A DNA stretch of 63,093 nt, filler included, from Octopus bimaculoides (lineage: Eukaryota): assembly GCF_001194135.2 (NCBI RefSeq). It is 10 parts of 9 records of this genome, joined end to end, with 100 filler letters (N's around TTAATTAATTAA, not from the genome) between each part and the next. Parts side by side here need not be neighbours in the genome. Positions count along the whole stretch, not along the records: positions 21,391 to 40,242 come from NC_068984.1; positions 40,343 to 43,325 come from NC_068993.1; positions 43,426 to 47,071 come from NC_068983.1; positions 47,172 to 52,714 come from NC_069008.1; 6 more parts are not named here. The stretch is one strand, 5' to 3'. The notes beneath the pieces are model-generated. The model was given only the letters and a program-made list of their open reading frames with translations. It was not told the origin of the DNA and ran no database searches. How positions within the stretch are numbered: the first letter of the stretch is position 1; every line of letters starts with the position of its first letter. Shown here piece after piece: positions 37,066 to 49,868 of the stretch. Both the position numbers and the translations under genes were made by a program.

Positions 37066-40000
37066 AATAATGCCAGTAATATTGAAGCGTTATGGCCACA
37101 GTCCCTATCTTCGAACAGTCTTGTAGAGAAAAATTTATTTACTAGGATCATTGAACAAATACGAGTGCATGGGCTGTCTGTTCCATTGTCGTAGAATTTG
37201 AAACCTTAAAATTCTATTTCAAAATTTTGTGCCAAATTTGTTGTACTTTCCTCAAAATATTTGTCCATATTTTTGGGATGTGTAATGTTTATTACTGAAA
37301 ATATTAATGTGCAAATTATCAACATAAATTTTATATTTCGTTGAATGAATTTATCATTAAATATTACGTATGTAAGTTTTCTAATAAGTATTATATTTAC
37401 TAGATCTATACACTGTGCACGGAATGTTATTAGATTTGTTGCACACCGAGCTTCAATGTAGCACACCAATGCATCAGGTTTTAAATATTGCTTATCATTG
37501 GAAAACTAGTGTAGTTCTACATTACTATGCATATATATGTGTACAGTTGTGTGTGCGTGTTTCTTTTTTTTGTGCGTCTGTATAAATATATATATATTTT
37601 TTTATGTACGTGTATGCATATCAGTGTGTGTGTTGTGTGTTTGTGTGCGCGCGTTTGCCAGACGAATGTTCTGTAGTTATGTTTCGTAGCCACTCGAGTT
37701 TCCGAGTAGCTCTGAAATACTAATTCAACACAACTCCAGCAAGTTTTGAAATAAAGAAAAACTTATCATAAATTCAAATTCACAAAGTATACTCTATGAT
37801 ATAGATAGGATAGTGATTATTAGTAATACGTATGAAGGGTAACATAAACAATATGTGTGCCAGCATTTATGAGCGGGAGAGTGAAAATAGGTGAGAGGCG
37901 GTGCAAAAATGTATTTCGTTTATGAGAAGCTTTAAATAGCCAGAACATCTGTGTAATGAAAATATGGAAATAACAAAATATGTATTCATATACGTATATA
38001 TTTAGATATGTTTCATTATATAACTTTATAGAGCACAATGGATTGTAGAATTAAGAGATTATTGATTAAAATTTTAAATTTATTTAGTTATACACTGTTT
38101 CGCCCACATCCAAGTAGACTTTACATTCAATTCTTCCGATATGTACAAAACAAAATACCAACCAAATCCTGGAAGAGACATAATTAAATACTCTCTCGAA
38201 GGCGAACTCCATTATGACCACAGTTCAATGAACAAAACCAGTTGCAGGAATGAGTGGATAATGAATGTATGGGATTTGAAATTATTTGAATTCTTTTCTG
38301 CATAACCTGACATTAAAAAAAACAAAATTAAGAACGCTTAAGTTGCATTGAAGCCAGTTTAACTGACTTCTGGGAATGTAAGAACGAGTTAATGTGTGGA
38401 TATATGAGACTGTTTATGTAAATATGTCGGCAATCTTGTGCTGGACCTGCATATTGCTTTATCATACGCTCGAGTGCTTGTGTTTCTCTGTGTAAGGGAG
38501 GTTTTTTGCCGTAACTGTATTTCCAGTGGCGTGAATATTTATTTTCTTGGTGACTTGAATGGAATGATTTATAAATTTTAAATGTCCCAATAATTAACTG
38601 GATTTGAAGAATGTTAGTTAACTGATATTCTTCTCTCTGGGAAATCTTCAAATGCTTTTATGTAAATATTTTGTTATACAGATCAGTGCACATAGGACAA
38701 TAGACACAAATGAACATTCCGTATGGATTTGCACATGTATGTATGTGTGCACATGTTTATACATCTGTATATTATAGAATGTGAATGTGTAAGTGTGAGA
38801 AAATGCTGCTATATATATATATATATATAAATCCATACGTGTTTGTATGCACATATAATGGGCTGCAATTCTGGAATTATTTACGCATGTATGACTGCAC
38901 TTTACGTGTATATATTTATACATTCAGATGTGTCTTTACTAATGTAAATTGTTAACAAGTGTTAATATCATTCGAAACGGAGATTATTATAAATAATCTC
39001 TTCGTATTTCCCATATAACCGAAATCGTTAAATTAAACCGTTGTGAAGTACATTTAGAAAAAGATTTCCACTTGATGTGTTAATAAAGGCTTTGATTTTT
39101 ATATACACAAATATATATGTATATATCTTCAATTAGTTTAATAAAACCATTCCGTTGAGGGAATAAACGTGCGACGAGAAGACATAAATGGTGAGGACTT
39201 ACATAAAAGAATCAAAGAATGAGCGCTCAAAGAAACCAACAAAGCAAGCATTGTATTATATTTCCCATGACCAAGATAAACACTCTTAGGTGCTTCATTT
39301 TGTTGTTTTATTGTTTGACGAAAATTACCAAATGTGTATGCGTATGTGAGAAAGAGAGAAAGCGAGAGCGAAATAGAGAAGGCAGAAAGGCATTGCGATT
39401 GAAAGACAGAGAAGAAAGAAGAATCGAGAAAGAATGATTACATTTTATGTTATATTAGTGTTGATATAATAATGCTATAATATATCTACAAGCTGTGTCG
39501 TTTAAAGATTGAAACACCCCCTGTTTGATGTAATGAAAAAGGCTGTGTTTTCCGAATACTTTTAATGTTTCCATTGTAACGAATGTCCTACTGTGAAAGA
39601 AATTCCTTGTTCCATCTCTCTTGATATATGCCATTATTATTGTACAGTTCAGTGTTCAAAATGATGAAATAAAATCGTAAATGATGTCTTTTCAAAAAGT
39701 GATTTATTGTGTTCGATCAAAGATGCCTGATAGGCTTTTCGAAAGACTGCAGTATTTTCAGTAATATACAAATAGATAACATTTGAACAAAATGTGAGGC
39801 CAGACCATATTTCATGATTAAGGTAAGTTGTATGTTATATACAAAAATATATGTTGTAACAGAAGAAAAAAACGAGTGAGCAAGGTAAGAAGAGGATTGT
39901 TATCGTTGTTAGTTAGCAAAGGTTACATTTATAGAAAGATGTTCTTGCATGGTTAGATAATGTGCTCCTAGCGACGCAAAGTTTGAGTAATGTTGTATTG

Positions 40001-40342
40001 AAATGGTAAAGGTGTTAACAGTCACTAAAGGCGATTACAGGAGAGCAATGTGTGCTGCTAAGATTACTGTTAATGCAAATTATGACAGCTGATGTTCTGT
40101 AGAGGAGAAGATCTGATTAATCTTGTAATAAAGCCATACTGCTGGCTTGGCGAACCGGTCAACATTCTACCTGGACCGAATGCCAGATAGTCGCAGAAAA
40201 TTTATATATATGCACGTACACACACACACACACACACACACANNNNNNNNNNNNNNNNNNNNNNNNNNNNNNNNNNNNNNNNNNNNTTAATTAATTAANN
40301 NNNNNNNNNNNNNNNNNNNNNNNNNNNNNNNNNNNNNNNNNN

Positions 40343-40581
40343 AAGGTCTGCCAGGTTTTTCTCTCTCACCAAGGTCATCAGCTGTCGAACGCCGACGAAG
40401 GGAAATAACCCTGAAATCCGGATACGTTCGTGCTGCTGGCCGAGGTGAGAGGGATAACTCCCTTGGCAAACAGGACACAGTCGTGTGTCGATAAGCCAGC
40501 TGGAGGAGATGTCCTCCTGGGGCTAAAAGCAACAGTAACATCCACCCCTAGGGGTCAGCCACACTTAAGTGGCAATATACT
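40343..40581 (+). mobile_element. Hammerhead-bearing structured repeat, copy 2
   Basis: Closely similar to 18941-19177. Confidence 0.75.
40386..40430 (+). ncRNA. Type I hammerhead ribozyme-like motif (U4C), predicted cleavage after A40424
   Basis: cgaacg-CCGACGA-aggg(aaataa)ccct-GAAA-tccgga-TA-cgttcg; AUA triplet. Confidence 0.75.
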
Positions 40582-40583
40582 AC

Positions 40584-40636
<53 letters not shown>

Positions 40637-40834
40637 ATTATATATACATTTATAAACGCACGCTCGTATGCATTGCATATATGTACGAGGGTGAATCAGG
40701 ATTAATACTATTTTTATTTGCATTACTTACTGACTCACACTTGTAATTATGTATGTATGGATGGATGGATGTATATATGTGTGTATGAATGTATGCATTT
40801 ATGTTTATATGTATGTCTCTTCTGTTTTTTTTTT

Positions 40835-41170
40835 AACTATCATAAATATTCCACTGAGGAGGGAACCGGTTTCCAACAAAAATACAACGTTCCATCTCTG
40901 GAATGTAGTTAAGACAGACAATTTCATATTTGGAACTTGAGAAAAGTCTTTCATATTTTTACTGTTCCACTCACAAATTTCACTTGTAATGCACGAATTA
41001 TCCAGTCAATTTCTCTTTCTGGAAAACCCAGTTTATCCAGAATCTCCTTTAAGCATTTACTAACAAGACCTAGTTGTCCAATAATTATTGGGATGAATAT
41101 AACTTCATTGTCTGGATATAGAAGCTGGAGGTTTTGAAGCCATTGTCCATATATATCCTTGTCCATATAT
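40835..41170 (-). mobile_element. 3' end of a second RLE-type LINE family (5'-truncated)
   Basis: LQNLQLLYPD..IFIPIIIGQLGLVSKCL..LQVKFVSGTVKI*KTFLKF; short 3' UTR ending in an A-run. Confidence 0.75.
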
Positions 41171-42432
41171 ATTCTTTGTTTTTCAGATATATATATATAT
41201 ATATATATATATTTCGTCTACCGTTACGTTCTGAGTTCAAATTCCACCGAGGTCGACTTTGCATTTCATCCGTTCAGCTGACCTCTATGATGGTACGTAG
41301 CTTTGTTCTTCTGTTCCAAACAGCAATTTCCGGCCGGTTGTGTTTACATTTGACAGAAGTTTTCATGCGAATATTCCACCAATAATCGTTGAGTTGGTGT
41401 TTATGAATGTATTCCACAAGAGAGGGATTTTCTAAATTTATGTATGTATGCATGTATGTATGTATGCATGTATGTATGTATGCATGTATGAATGTATGTA
41501 TGCGTGTGCGTGTGTATGTGTGTGTGTGTGTGTGTTTGTATGTAATGAGTTGATACATCTCTAAGAGTGTCACATTTATTAAGCTAAAGACATTACTACG
41601 TTGGAGCAAAATGAATCAGTGCTTCTTTCTGTTTAAACCTTTGTATCTTGCCTCTTAGGTTTTTGACGGTGTCTATCTTCGTTTGACAAGGGAATAAAGC
41701 GATATTTTCAAAAACTTTCATAGTACGCGAATATATAAAAACATAAATTGCTAAAAACATAAATTACAACATTTATATACAATTAATAATGATTTGACCC
41801 CGAATCTTTTGGTATTATGCAAAATTATTATACAATGAACTGGCATCGAATAGAGGAAAATAATGTAGTTTTAATTTATGAGGGAATGCGATTGTTCAAG
41901 TAGGTATTTGCTAACTGTTATAACTTTCAGCAACTTTTCGTTTTGCTATTAGTTATGAAACTATAAGTGAAAGTTTGGTACATATTTCATATTAGGAAAG
42001 GAATTCTTGTTTCATTAAGGTGTTGGGTAGGAGACTACAGAAGGTGGAGTTGTATTGGCGGCATACATTGTTTTAGGAATATGGAGAATGAAGAAATTAA
42101 TTTATTATATTAGGCATGAAGAAAATAGAAAGAAGACGTGGGTAAAATGAAAAAGCTTAACAGTGGAAAACAAGGAAAGCAGTGGATAAAAAAAAACCCA
42201 GATTTTATCTTAAGAAATAAGAAAACGGGATAGATAAAATAGCCGCTAAGAGGATATGGGGAGAAATGGGTCTGGGAGAAAGTGAGGCATGTATGTAAAG
42301 AATATTTAGTGCATTAGTATCTATTACTAAAATGTACATGTACGATATATATTTATTTAAAAAAACTCCTTGATACATACACAGACTTATGCACACACTA
42401 ACACCTACATGTGTATATACATATATATGTAT

Positions 42433-42490
<58 letters not shown>

Positions 42491-42903
42491 GTATATATAT
42501 ATATAGCGACAGAGAGAGATACATATATACATACAGATGTAGATGCATACACTCACACACACACATACACACACACATATATATAGTACCATATAGACAC
42601 ATGCGAATAGGCACATACACCCATGCTCATGAATATATTAAGTAAAAAAAAAAAAATGACACAATTTTAAGTACAAATAAATATTATGCATGTATAATAA
42701 ATGAATATATTAAGCTTCATAAATAAATCATTTCATGTTGAGAACATTTCCATAGAAATATCTAATTATAATGTTATACATGCATAAATGTACTTAATAT
42801 ACCTCCCGAAAAAGTATTTATAAATATGTACATATTCACTCGCGCACACAAACACACATATATATGTAAACACATGGCTATGAACATACATACATACATA
42901 CAT

Positions 42904-43075
42904 ATGGCAGAATCGTTAGCACACTGGGCGAAATGCTAAGCAGTATTTCGTCTACCGTTACGTTCTGAGTTCAAATTCCACCGAGGTCGACTTTGCATTT
43001 CATCCGTTCAGCATCAATTAAATAAGTACCAGTTACGCACTGGGGTCGATGTAATCAGCTTAATGCCTTTGTCTG
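42904..43075 (+). mobile_element. tRNA-derived SINE, family C
   Basis: tggcagaatcgttagcacactgggcgaaatgc...gagttcaaattcc...aagtaccagtt...tggggtcgat. Confidence 0.85.
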
Positions 43076-43547
43076 TCCTTGTTTTCTCCTCAATGTTTAG
43101 CCCCGTGAGAAATAAAGAAATATACCTACGTACATACATACAAACATACAAATCTGCACATATACCTACATACAAGCCAAAATATTCTGTTCTTCATGTT
43201 GAAATTCCAATGAAGGTGCCCTGGTTATAGGTTAGAAACCGACTCTTGCTGTGCTGGCAAAAAAACTTGAAATAAAACTGAACAATGACATACATCCACA
43301 CATACATACTTATATATATATATATNNNNNNNNNNNNNNNNNNNNNNNNNNNNNNNNNNNNNNNNNNNNTTAATTAATTAANNNNNNNNNNNNNNNNNNN
43401 NNNNNNNNNNNNNNNNNNNNNNNNNCTTCCTTTCTGGGCTATTTGCCAGTCCTCTATCTATCTATCTAGATAGATAGCTAGCTAGCTAGCTATCTGTCTG
43501 TCTGTCTGTCTGTCTGTCTCTCAGTAAGTCAGTCAGTAAGTCAGTCA

Positions 43548-43604
<57 letters not shown>

Positions 43605-43819
43605 TCTATCCATCTAACCTTTATATATTATACACACATCTGGAGTTAAACTAGTAGTAACATGGAACAGCCACGTTGATGTGGTGATTAAATTTACTGA
43701 TACACATACACGCACACGCACACACACACACACACACACACACGTTGCTTATTTTTACTTTTATCGGTTTGAGTCCAAAGCTGCGGCCATGCTGGGACAC
43801 CAACGTTTTGCTACACTGT

Positions 43820-44010
43820 CATTATTGAGATCTTCCTCTGATGTGGCATTAGGTGAATAAGGGAGTTTGATGCCTCTGCTCTCATTTACGCCTCCTGCCG
43901 TGAGGTAGGCTCATCTGGTACTCTCAACAAGGAGAGATTCAGTTTTGTTTTGAAAACACCTACATCAACTTTTTGTAGGTCCCTCAGGCTCTTTGGGAGA
44001 AAATTAAAAA
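43820..44010 (-). mobile_element. CR1/L2-type LINE C-terminal fragment
   Basis: PKSLRDL..VDVGVFKTKLNLSLLRVPDEPTSRQEA*MRAEASNSL. Confidence 0.75.
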
Positions 44011-45449
44011 AAAAAAAAACTCTCGTCTCTTGAAACACGGGCTGTCGCAGTAACTAGCTCTGAAACGTGACGGCAGTGTTGGGATCTTTGTCATTGTGCA
44101 GTGGCGACTCGTTCTGACATTTGTGTAGCTTTCGATGCCAAAATTTGGTACAATCCTTTCCAAGATCTTCCAGATGTATATTACTGCATATCACTCCCCA
44201 CTTCACTCCAAGATGTAGAGTTTTAGCAGTTTCAGCCTTTCCCATTAGCTGAGCGGTTGCAATAAAACGATCTTCTTTGTGTAGCTTCACTGGATTGCTT
44301 CAAGATCTCATAAGGCACAGACATACGTAACTATTAGGCACGGAGACCGATTCATCTGACATTTGGGCACAGGACCATCTTATTCCCCTACCCATCTATT
44401 ACATCAAAAGAGACAAACATGCAGGAAGCGGACTAAAATTGAGGTTTTAGCAAGATATCAGGGCACAATGAATGTGAAGATAGCAAGGTTGAAATTTATT
44501 AAAATGCTTATCTGAACAATGAAACATGAAGAAATAAAGAGTACATGTGAAGATACATGTGTATTCAGAATAAACAATAGAGGTATGCACCACACACTTC
44601 CTACATTCATTTGTTGTTAGTAACGTAATAAATTACAGTCCGTCTGAAGATAAATTTTGCAATTGGTATTAAGATCGTTTGAGCAATGTTGGCGGTATCT
44701 TCTCAATATTATGATGAGCCTCACAGCGGCGTTGGAAGGAATAGAAACTTAATCCGTCAAGGCGATCCCAGAAACGTCAAATTTCCTTACGCTGTTAATA
44801 ATACGTCTATTCATGCATTTGTTTATTGATCTAGTGTGTGTGTGTTATTAATGAAATAAATATTATATTCTTATATCAGTAATGTTATCAATTGGTCTCG
44901 TACCAAGTGTTTGGATAAACCTGGACCCTTATACATGCATGCATGCATACCTACCTATCTACCTACCTACCTACCTACCTACCTACCTACTTACCTATCT
45001 ACTTACCTACCTACCTACCTACCTACCTACCTACCAAACTACCTACCTACATATATACATACATGCATACATACATTTATGCTTATATACACGCATACAC
45101 ATAAACATATATGTGCGTATGCGTAAAGTGAGAGAGAAAAAAAGGAAGAAATAATACCAAGGAAAGAGAGATAAAGAGAAAGGAGCTGGGATAAAGTACT
45201 TTTCTACTTAGAATCAATTTCGGCTCATTTTCTGGACACCGTGGATTCACTCACATTTTCTATCTTCCTCTCGTTACATTCCTTTGCTTTCGTTATTCAC
45301 TTTTCTCTCTGGCTCTCCCCATCTCTCTCTTTCTGTATCTCTATCTATTTCTATCTGTCTCTCTTCCTATCTCTCTCTTTCTGTATCTCTATCTGTTTCT
45401 ATCTGTCTCTCTTCCTATCTGTCTCTCTTCCTCTCTCTCTCTCTCTCTC

Positions 45450-45562
45450 TCTTCTTCTTCTTCTTCTTCTTCTTCTTCTTCTTCTTCTTCTTCTTCTTCT
45501 TCTTCTTCTTCTTCTTCTTCTTCTTCTTCTTCTTCTTCTTCTTCTTCTTCTTCTTCTTCTTC
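45450..45562. repeat. (TTC)n microsatellite
   Basis: Direct read; source of spurious poly-L/F/E ORFs. Confidence 0.95.
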
Positions 45563-47171
45563 TCGGTCTCTCATTCACTTACTCTATCGATGTATTTTTC
45601 TCTTAGCCTTTTTGATGCTCTGCAAGGTCAGAATTCAACGTCCCTAACTTAATTGCTACCACCCCCTTTTCATCCATTTCTGTGCAGCTATATCATATTA
45701 TACAGCAACGTAAATTACTCAGGCTGAATTTGAGTTTTGAAGCGGCAACACGATAGGATTTTAGGTTGCCGACATCCCCTGTCGTCCTTCTCTTCCCTGC
45801 TAACAACTCTAATAACCAAACATAGATACCAAAACAACAACAACAGCAGCAAGAGTAACACCAGCCGTTTCTGCAACAATGACAACAACAACAACAACAG
45901 CGATAGCAGATGCTGCAGCAACAACCACAATAACAAGAACATTTCAGAAGTAATAATAATGATGATGGTGGTACCGATTAAAACGGTTATGTTGATGATA
46001 ATAACATCGAAACCAAAAGCGAAAGCAACAACAACAAAAAACGACCACTAAACAACCGAAGCAAACATACAAATAACCATAATCAATAAAACAACAACAT
46101 CATCAACAACAACAACAACAACAACAACAAAAGTAAATAAAACCCACCACACACATCTGAATAACCCGGCTGAGAGGTTTAGGAGCAAAAGGTAAATCTA
46201 TTCATATGAAAATCCTTTAATTTGATCCGAAGTTAATTTTTGACATAATAGTCATAGATTCCAAGAAACGTTAATTATCACCTTTTGGCCTTCTCCAATA
46301 ATGGTTAGTAGTCAGTTTTATCACAGTTTGCCAGTCACGATGTCGGCCCGTCTCGTTAGCCTCGTTTTCGTATAAGCAATCAGTGAAAAATGTCTGACTT
46401 AGGTTAATTTCACTATTGAAACTGTCATGGCGACAGTACAATAATTCAACTTGGAAAGATATCACTTTAAACTGATAGTCAGCGAGATGGATTTCATTAG
46501 CAAAACCGGCAATTCTCGCTGGACAATGGCCATTTAATAGAAATTGGTCTAAATGAATTCTGAAGTGTGTGTGTATTCGTTTATTTCGCATCGTTCTGTT
46601 TAGCTTTCGCTACTAACTCGGCTCTGAGGTGAGACAGTCTGGTCCTGCTAATCGTATGGTGGTGTGGTATGTGGTATTATGGAGGTGGTCTGGGTTGGTA
46701 TAGAGGTGGGGGGTTGTTAGGTATGAGGTAGTGAGGTGAGTATAGTACAACGAGGCCGTGGTTGCGTGTACCGATTGATGAGACTGAATATAGTGTGACT
46801 TGAGAATGGTGTGGCATTGCCTGGCTATATCACATTAGACGGTGTGAGGGAGTGAATGAGGTGAGTATGTGGGTAATATGAATCAAGTTTATATTTAACG
46901 GAAACGAAAACAAACAATGCAAAAACGAAGCGAAATATAGGAAACAAACGAATAAGAAATCTGATCGAGTATGTTTTACAATTTTAATAGGATTAATAGT
47001 TAAATATTTCCCATCGCGCCATCTAAGATCTCTTTTATGCGAGTGGGTGTGTGCATTTATGCACTTATATANNNNNNNNNNNNNNNNNNNNNNNNNNNNN
47101 NNNNNNNNNNNNNNNTTAATTAATTAANNNNNNNNNNNNNNNNNNNNNNNNNNNNNNNNNNNNNNNNNNNN

Positions 47172-47420
47172 AATAAGAATTTCTAACTTCCGGTCAGCCA
47201 TTGTTATGATCGGCCATTATTATGATTGACCGTTGACTGAACACTATTCAATTTTTTTTCTCCGTGTTTTTCTCCTTGTCTCCGTATTCTTTCTGTTGAA
47301 GAGCGTAGCTCGAAACGTCAAAGACTTTCCGTATTCCCGAGCGTCATACTAATATATACTTTTGTTATTTACACCACCTGTCCTCGTCTGTTGTTATTAT
47401 TTGTATATTCTCCCATATAT
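47172..47420 (+). mobile_element. Penelope-pLTR-like short repeat with hammerhead motif
   Basis: Shares the hammerhead and flanks with 29140-29260. Confidence 0.65.
47288..47324 (+). ncRNA. Minimal type I hammerhead-like motif (A6U), predicted cleavage after C47319
   Basis: tcttt-CTGTTGA-a-gagc(gta)gctc-GAAA-cg-TC-aaaga: 5-bp stem I, 4-bp stem II, ACGT stem III, GUC triplet. Confidence 0.65.
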
Positions 47421-47434
47421 ATATATATATATAT

Positions 47435-47600
47435 ACGACGGGCTTCTTTCAGTTTCCGTCTACTAAATCCACTCACAAGGTTTTGGTCGGCCCGTGGCAA
47501 TAGTAGAAGACACTTGGCCAAGGTGCCACGCAGTGGGACTGAACCCGGAACCATGTGGTTGGGAAGGAAGCTTCTTACCACACAGCCACTCCTGCGCCTC
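47435..47600 (-). mobile_element. SINE AB head and core
   Basis: RC ggcgcaggagtggctgtgtggtaagaagc...ggttcagtcccactgcgtggcaccttggccaagtgtcttc. Confidence 0.85.
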
Positions 47601-47707
47601 ATATCTTAATCAATGATTTAAATATTGGAAGAAAGCACACATAACTCATCTGCAATATTATTTTATCTAGTAGTAGTAGTAGTAGCAGCAGTAGCAGCAG
47701 TAGTAAC

Positions 47708-47741
<34 letters not shown>

Positions 47742-47818
47742 ACAATAGTAGTAGTAACAGTAGTAGTAGTTGTTGTTGTTGTTGTACTTGTTATTGATGT
47801 TGTTGTTGTTATTTTCAG

Positions 47819-47871
47819 GATACGGAGTCGCTGATTCCATGGCCATCTTCATCCGCCTGAGACAAAACTGA
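47819..47871 (+). CDS. Terminal coding exon (G)YGVADSMAIFIRLRQN* of an upstream paralogue of the secreted-protein gene
   Basis: ttattttcag acceptor, phase-1 start, stop 47869-47871, AATAAA at 47971-47976; ADxMAIF motif recalled as the C-terminus of the molluscan family matching exon 52366-52544 (inference, not searched). Confidence 0.6.
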
Positions 47872-47970
47872 CCAATCACAATTTATATCTAATGCACCTA
47901 CCGTTGTTGTTGAGCACCGTCCATTCCAAAATGACCACCACCACTGAGCACGTGTCAGCTATTGTCACCG

Positions 47971-47976
47971 AATAAA
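47971..47976 (+). terminator. Polyadenylation signal AATAAA
   Basis: 100 nt after the stop of the 47819-47871 exon. Confidence 0.45.
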
Positions 47977-47989
47977 GTTTCCACTTTAA

Positions 47990-48390
47990 CTACTCACATT
48001 TCTCCCCCGCCCCCACGCTCTCTCTCTCACTCCACCTTTCACTGTCACTGTCACTCCACCTCTCACTCTCACTTCACTCCCACCTCTCACTCTCACTCCA
48101 CCTCTCACTCTCACTCCACATCTCACTCTCACTCTCACTCAACATCTCACTCTCACTCCACCTATCACTCTCACTCTCACTCCACCTTTTACTTTCACTC
48201 CACCTTTCACTCTCACTCCACCTCTCACTCTCACTCTCACTCAACATCTCACTCTCACTCAACATCTCACTCTCACTCTCACTCCACCTTTTACTTTCAC
48301 TCCACCTTCACTCTCACTCCACCTCTCACTCTCACTCAACCAATCACTCTCACTCTCACTCTCACTCTCACTTCACTTCCACCTCCCTAA
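47990..48390. repeat. (CTCACT)-based minisatellite with ~18-bp higher-order unit
   Basis: cacctctcactctcactc repeated with variants. Confidence 0.9.
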
Positions 48391-48981
48391 CTAACAGGTG
48401 AACGAACAGGTAGATTATTATACAGATTTTAGTTCTAATTTTAATTTTAAACCCCTCTTTTTGTCTTCTCTTATATTCCTTTTTTTTTTAAATTAATTAT
48501 CTGTGAAAAGTCGTCGGATATTTATCTCAAAACCCGTCCTTTTGCACATAATTGAATTTCACGAATTTGGAGAGAAATCTTCAATGCATCTGTTAATGCA
48601 AAATGTTGCCATCGAAACAAAGTGCAGCAAGTTTTATCAACTTACCTCTACGCACTGCCGCAATATCTACAAAAAAATATTTCTTTCTGCATTTGGCATT
48701 TTAAAGAATCTTTAATGAATTTCTCAAACTGTCTTTAGAACACTGCTCTCTACATCCTAAAGACAAAGAGCACCGAGTCTTTCATTGTGGTCCTCAGATA
48801 ATTCTTTATCAGACCCAATTTACTCAATGACCTCTCTCTCTCTCTCTTGAACACTTTGTGACCATCAATCTCAAAATTATTTTAAGGGCTTCATTAATAC
48901 AAGGAAAGGGTTCATTCAGCAAGCCCTTCGTTATGGATTACTCCTACTCCTAGCGAGGTTGGCTTTAAACCATGTGACAGT

Positions 48982-49300
48982 GAAGATGCGTGGCTTAGCG
49001 GTTCGTGTATTTCGCTCATGAAAGTAAGGTCCAGAGTTCAATTCCCGTCACCGCATTGTGTCCTTGGACAAAACACTTTAATTCACGTTACTGCAGTTGA
49101 CTCAGTTGGCAGAAATGAGTAGTACCTGTAATTCACAAGGGGCCAGCCTTGTTATATTCTATGTCATGCTGAATCTCCCTCACAAATACGTTAATGGTAT
49201 GCATGTCTGTGGAGTACTCAACCACTTGCAAGTTAATTGCACGAACAGAGTGTTCCGTTGATCAGATCAGCTGGAACCGACTTAGTGCCAGTAAAAACCA
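48982..49300 (+). mobile_element. tRNA-derived SINE sharing the family D core but with a different tail
   Basis: tggcttagcgg...gagttcaattcc...tgtgtccttggacaaaacactttaattcacgttactgcagttgactcag. Confidence 0.75.
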
Positions 49301-49319
49301 CAAGATGACCTCCACTGGT

Positions 49320-49868
49320 ATTGTACCAAAGAAAGTAGTGGTTTTCTGATTGCAGCCCTCCCGTGAAATCTGGCTTTGTGCAGCTACTGGTGAACAGTTT
49401 TTGTGGAAACTGGGTTCTCAAAGTGGTCATTAAGCTCTGCAGTAATTTTGGGAGCTGTACTTTTGTGATCCTTACTAATAATTTGTGTAAGAGTCCAATG
49501 GTCCCTATCTGAAAGCTTTGGTTTTTTTTCGGAGTTTTTGTTTTGACGAGGAGATTTTTCCCTCTTTCTCAAAGGCTGTCATTACTTTCGAAACAGTATT
49601 TCTTGATACACCAAACATTTCAGCTGTTTTGGTTACGCTAGCACGTGTCATACGAGCACCAACAACTTGTCCTCTTTGAAAGTCCGATAGATCTGTCATT
49701 TTAATGAATTTTAATTACCTTTTTCTGGTGATATCTGAAAAGAAACAGCAATTTTAGCAAAACATATTAAGCAACACTAATTAAAAAACCAAAAAACATA
49801 AAAATAAACAAGCTTTTGGCGGTTTTATAGATATTTCAAAACTTTGATGCTATTTTGTCCAACCCCTG
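49320..49868 (-). mobile_element. Tc1-family transposon, 5' TIR and transposase N-terminus (3'-truncated)
   Basis: RC TA-caggggttggacaaaata TIR; MTDLSDFQRGQVVGAR..SVTKTAEMFGVSRNTVSKV, KLSDRD..LTQII..TAPKITAELN..PVSTKTV. Confidence 0.9.

Noticed and set aside
39762-39822. Exon candidate with AAG/GTAAGT donor
   Set aside because: Stops in all three frames and a weak acceptor; at best a UTR exon.
44040-44330. Possible RTE LINE C-terminal relic
   Set aside because: Similarity too faint in any frame to support.
45241-45652. Poly-L/poly-F/poly-E ORFs resembling membrane or acidic proteins
   Set aside because: Frames of the (TTC)n and (CT)n microsatellites.
47962-48390. His/Ser-rich 142-aa ORF
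   Set aside because: Translation of the CTCACT minisatellite, downstream of a polyA signal; starts at a non-ATG codon.
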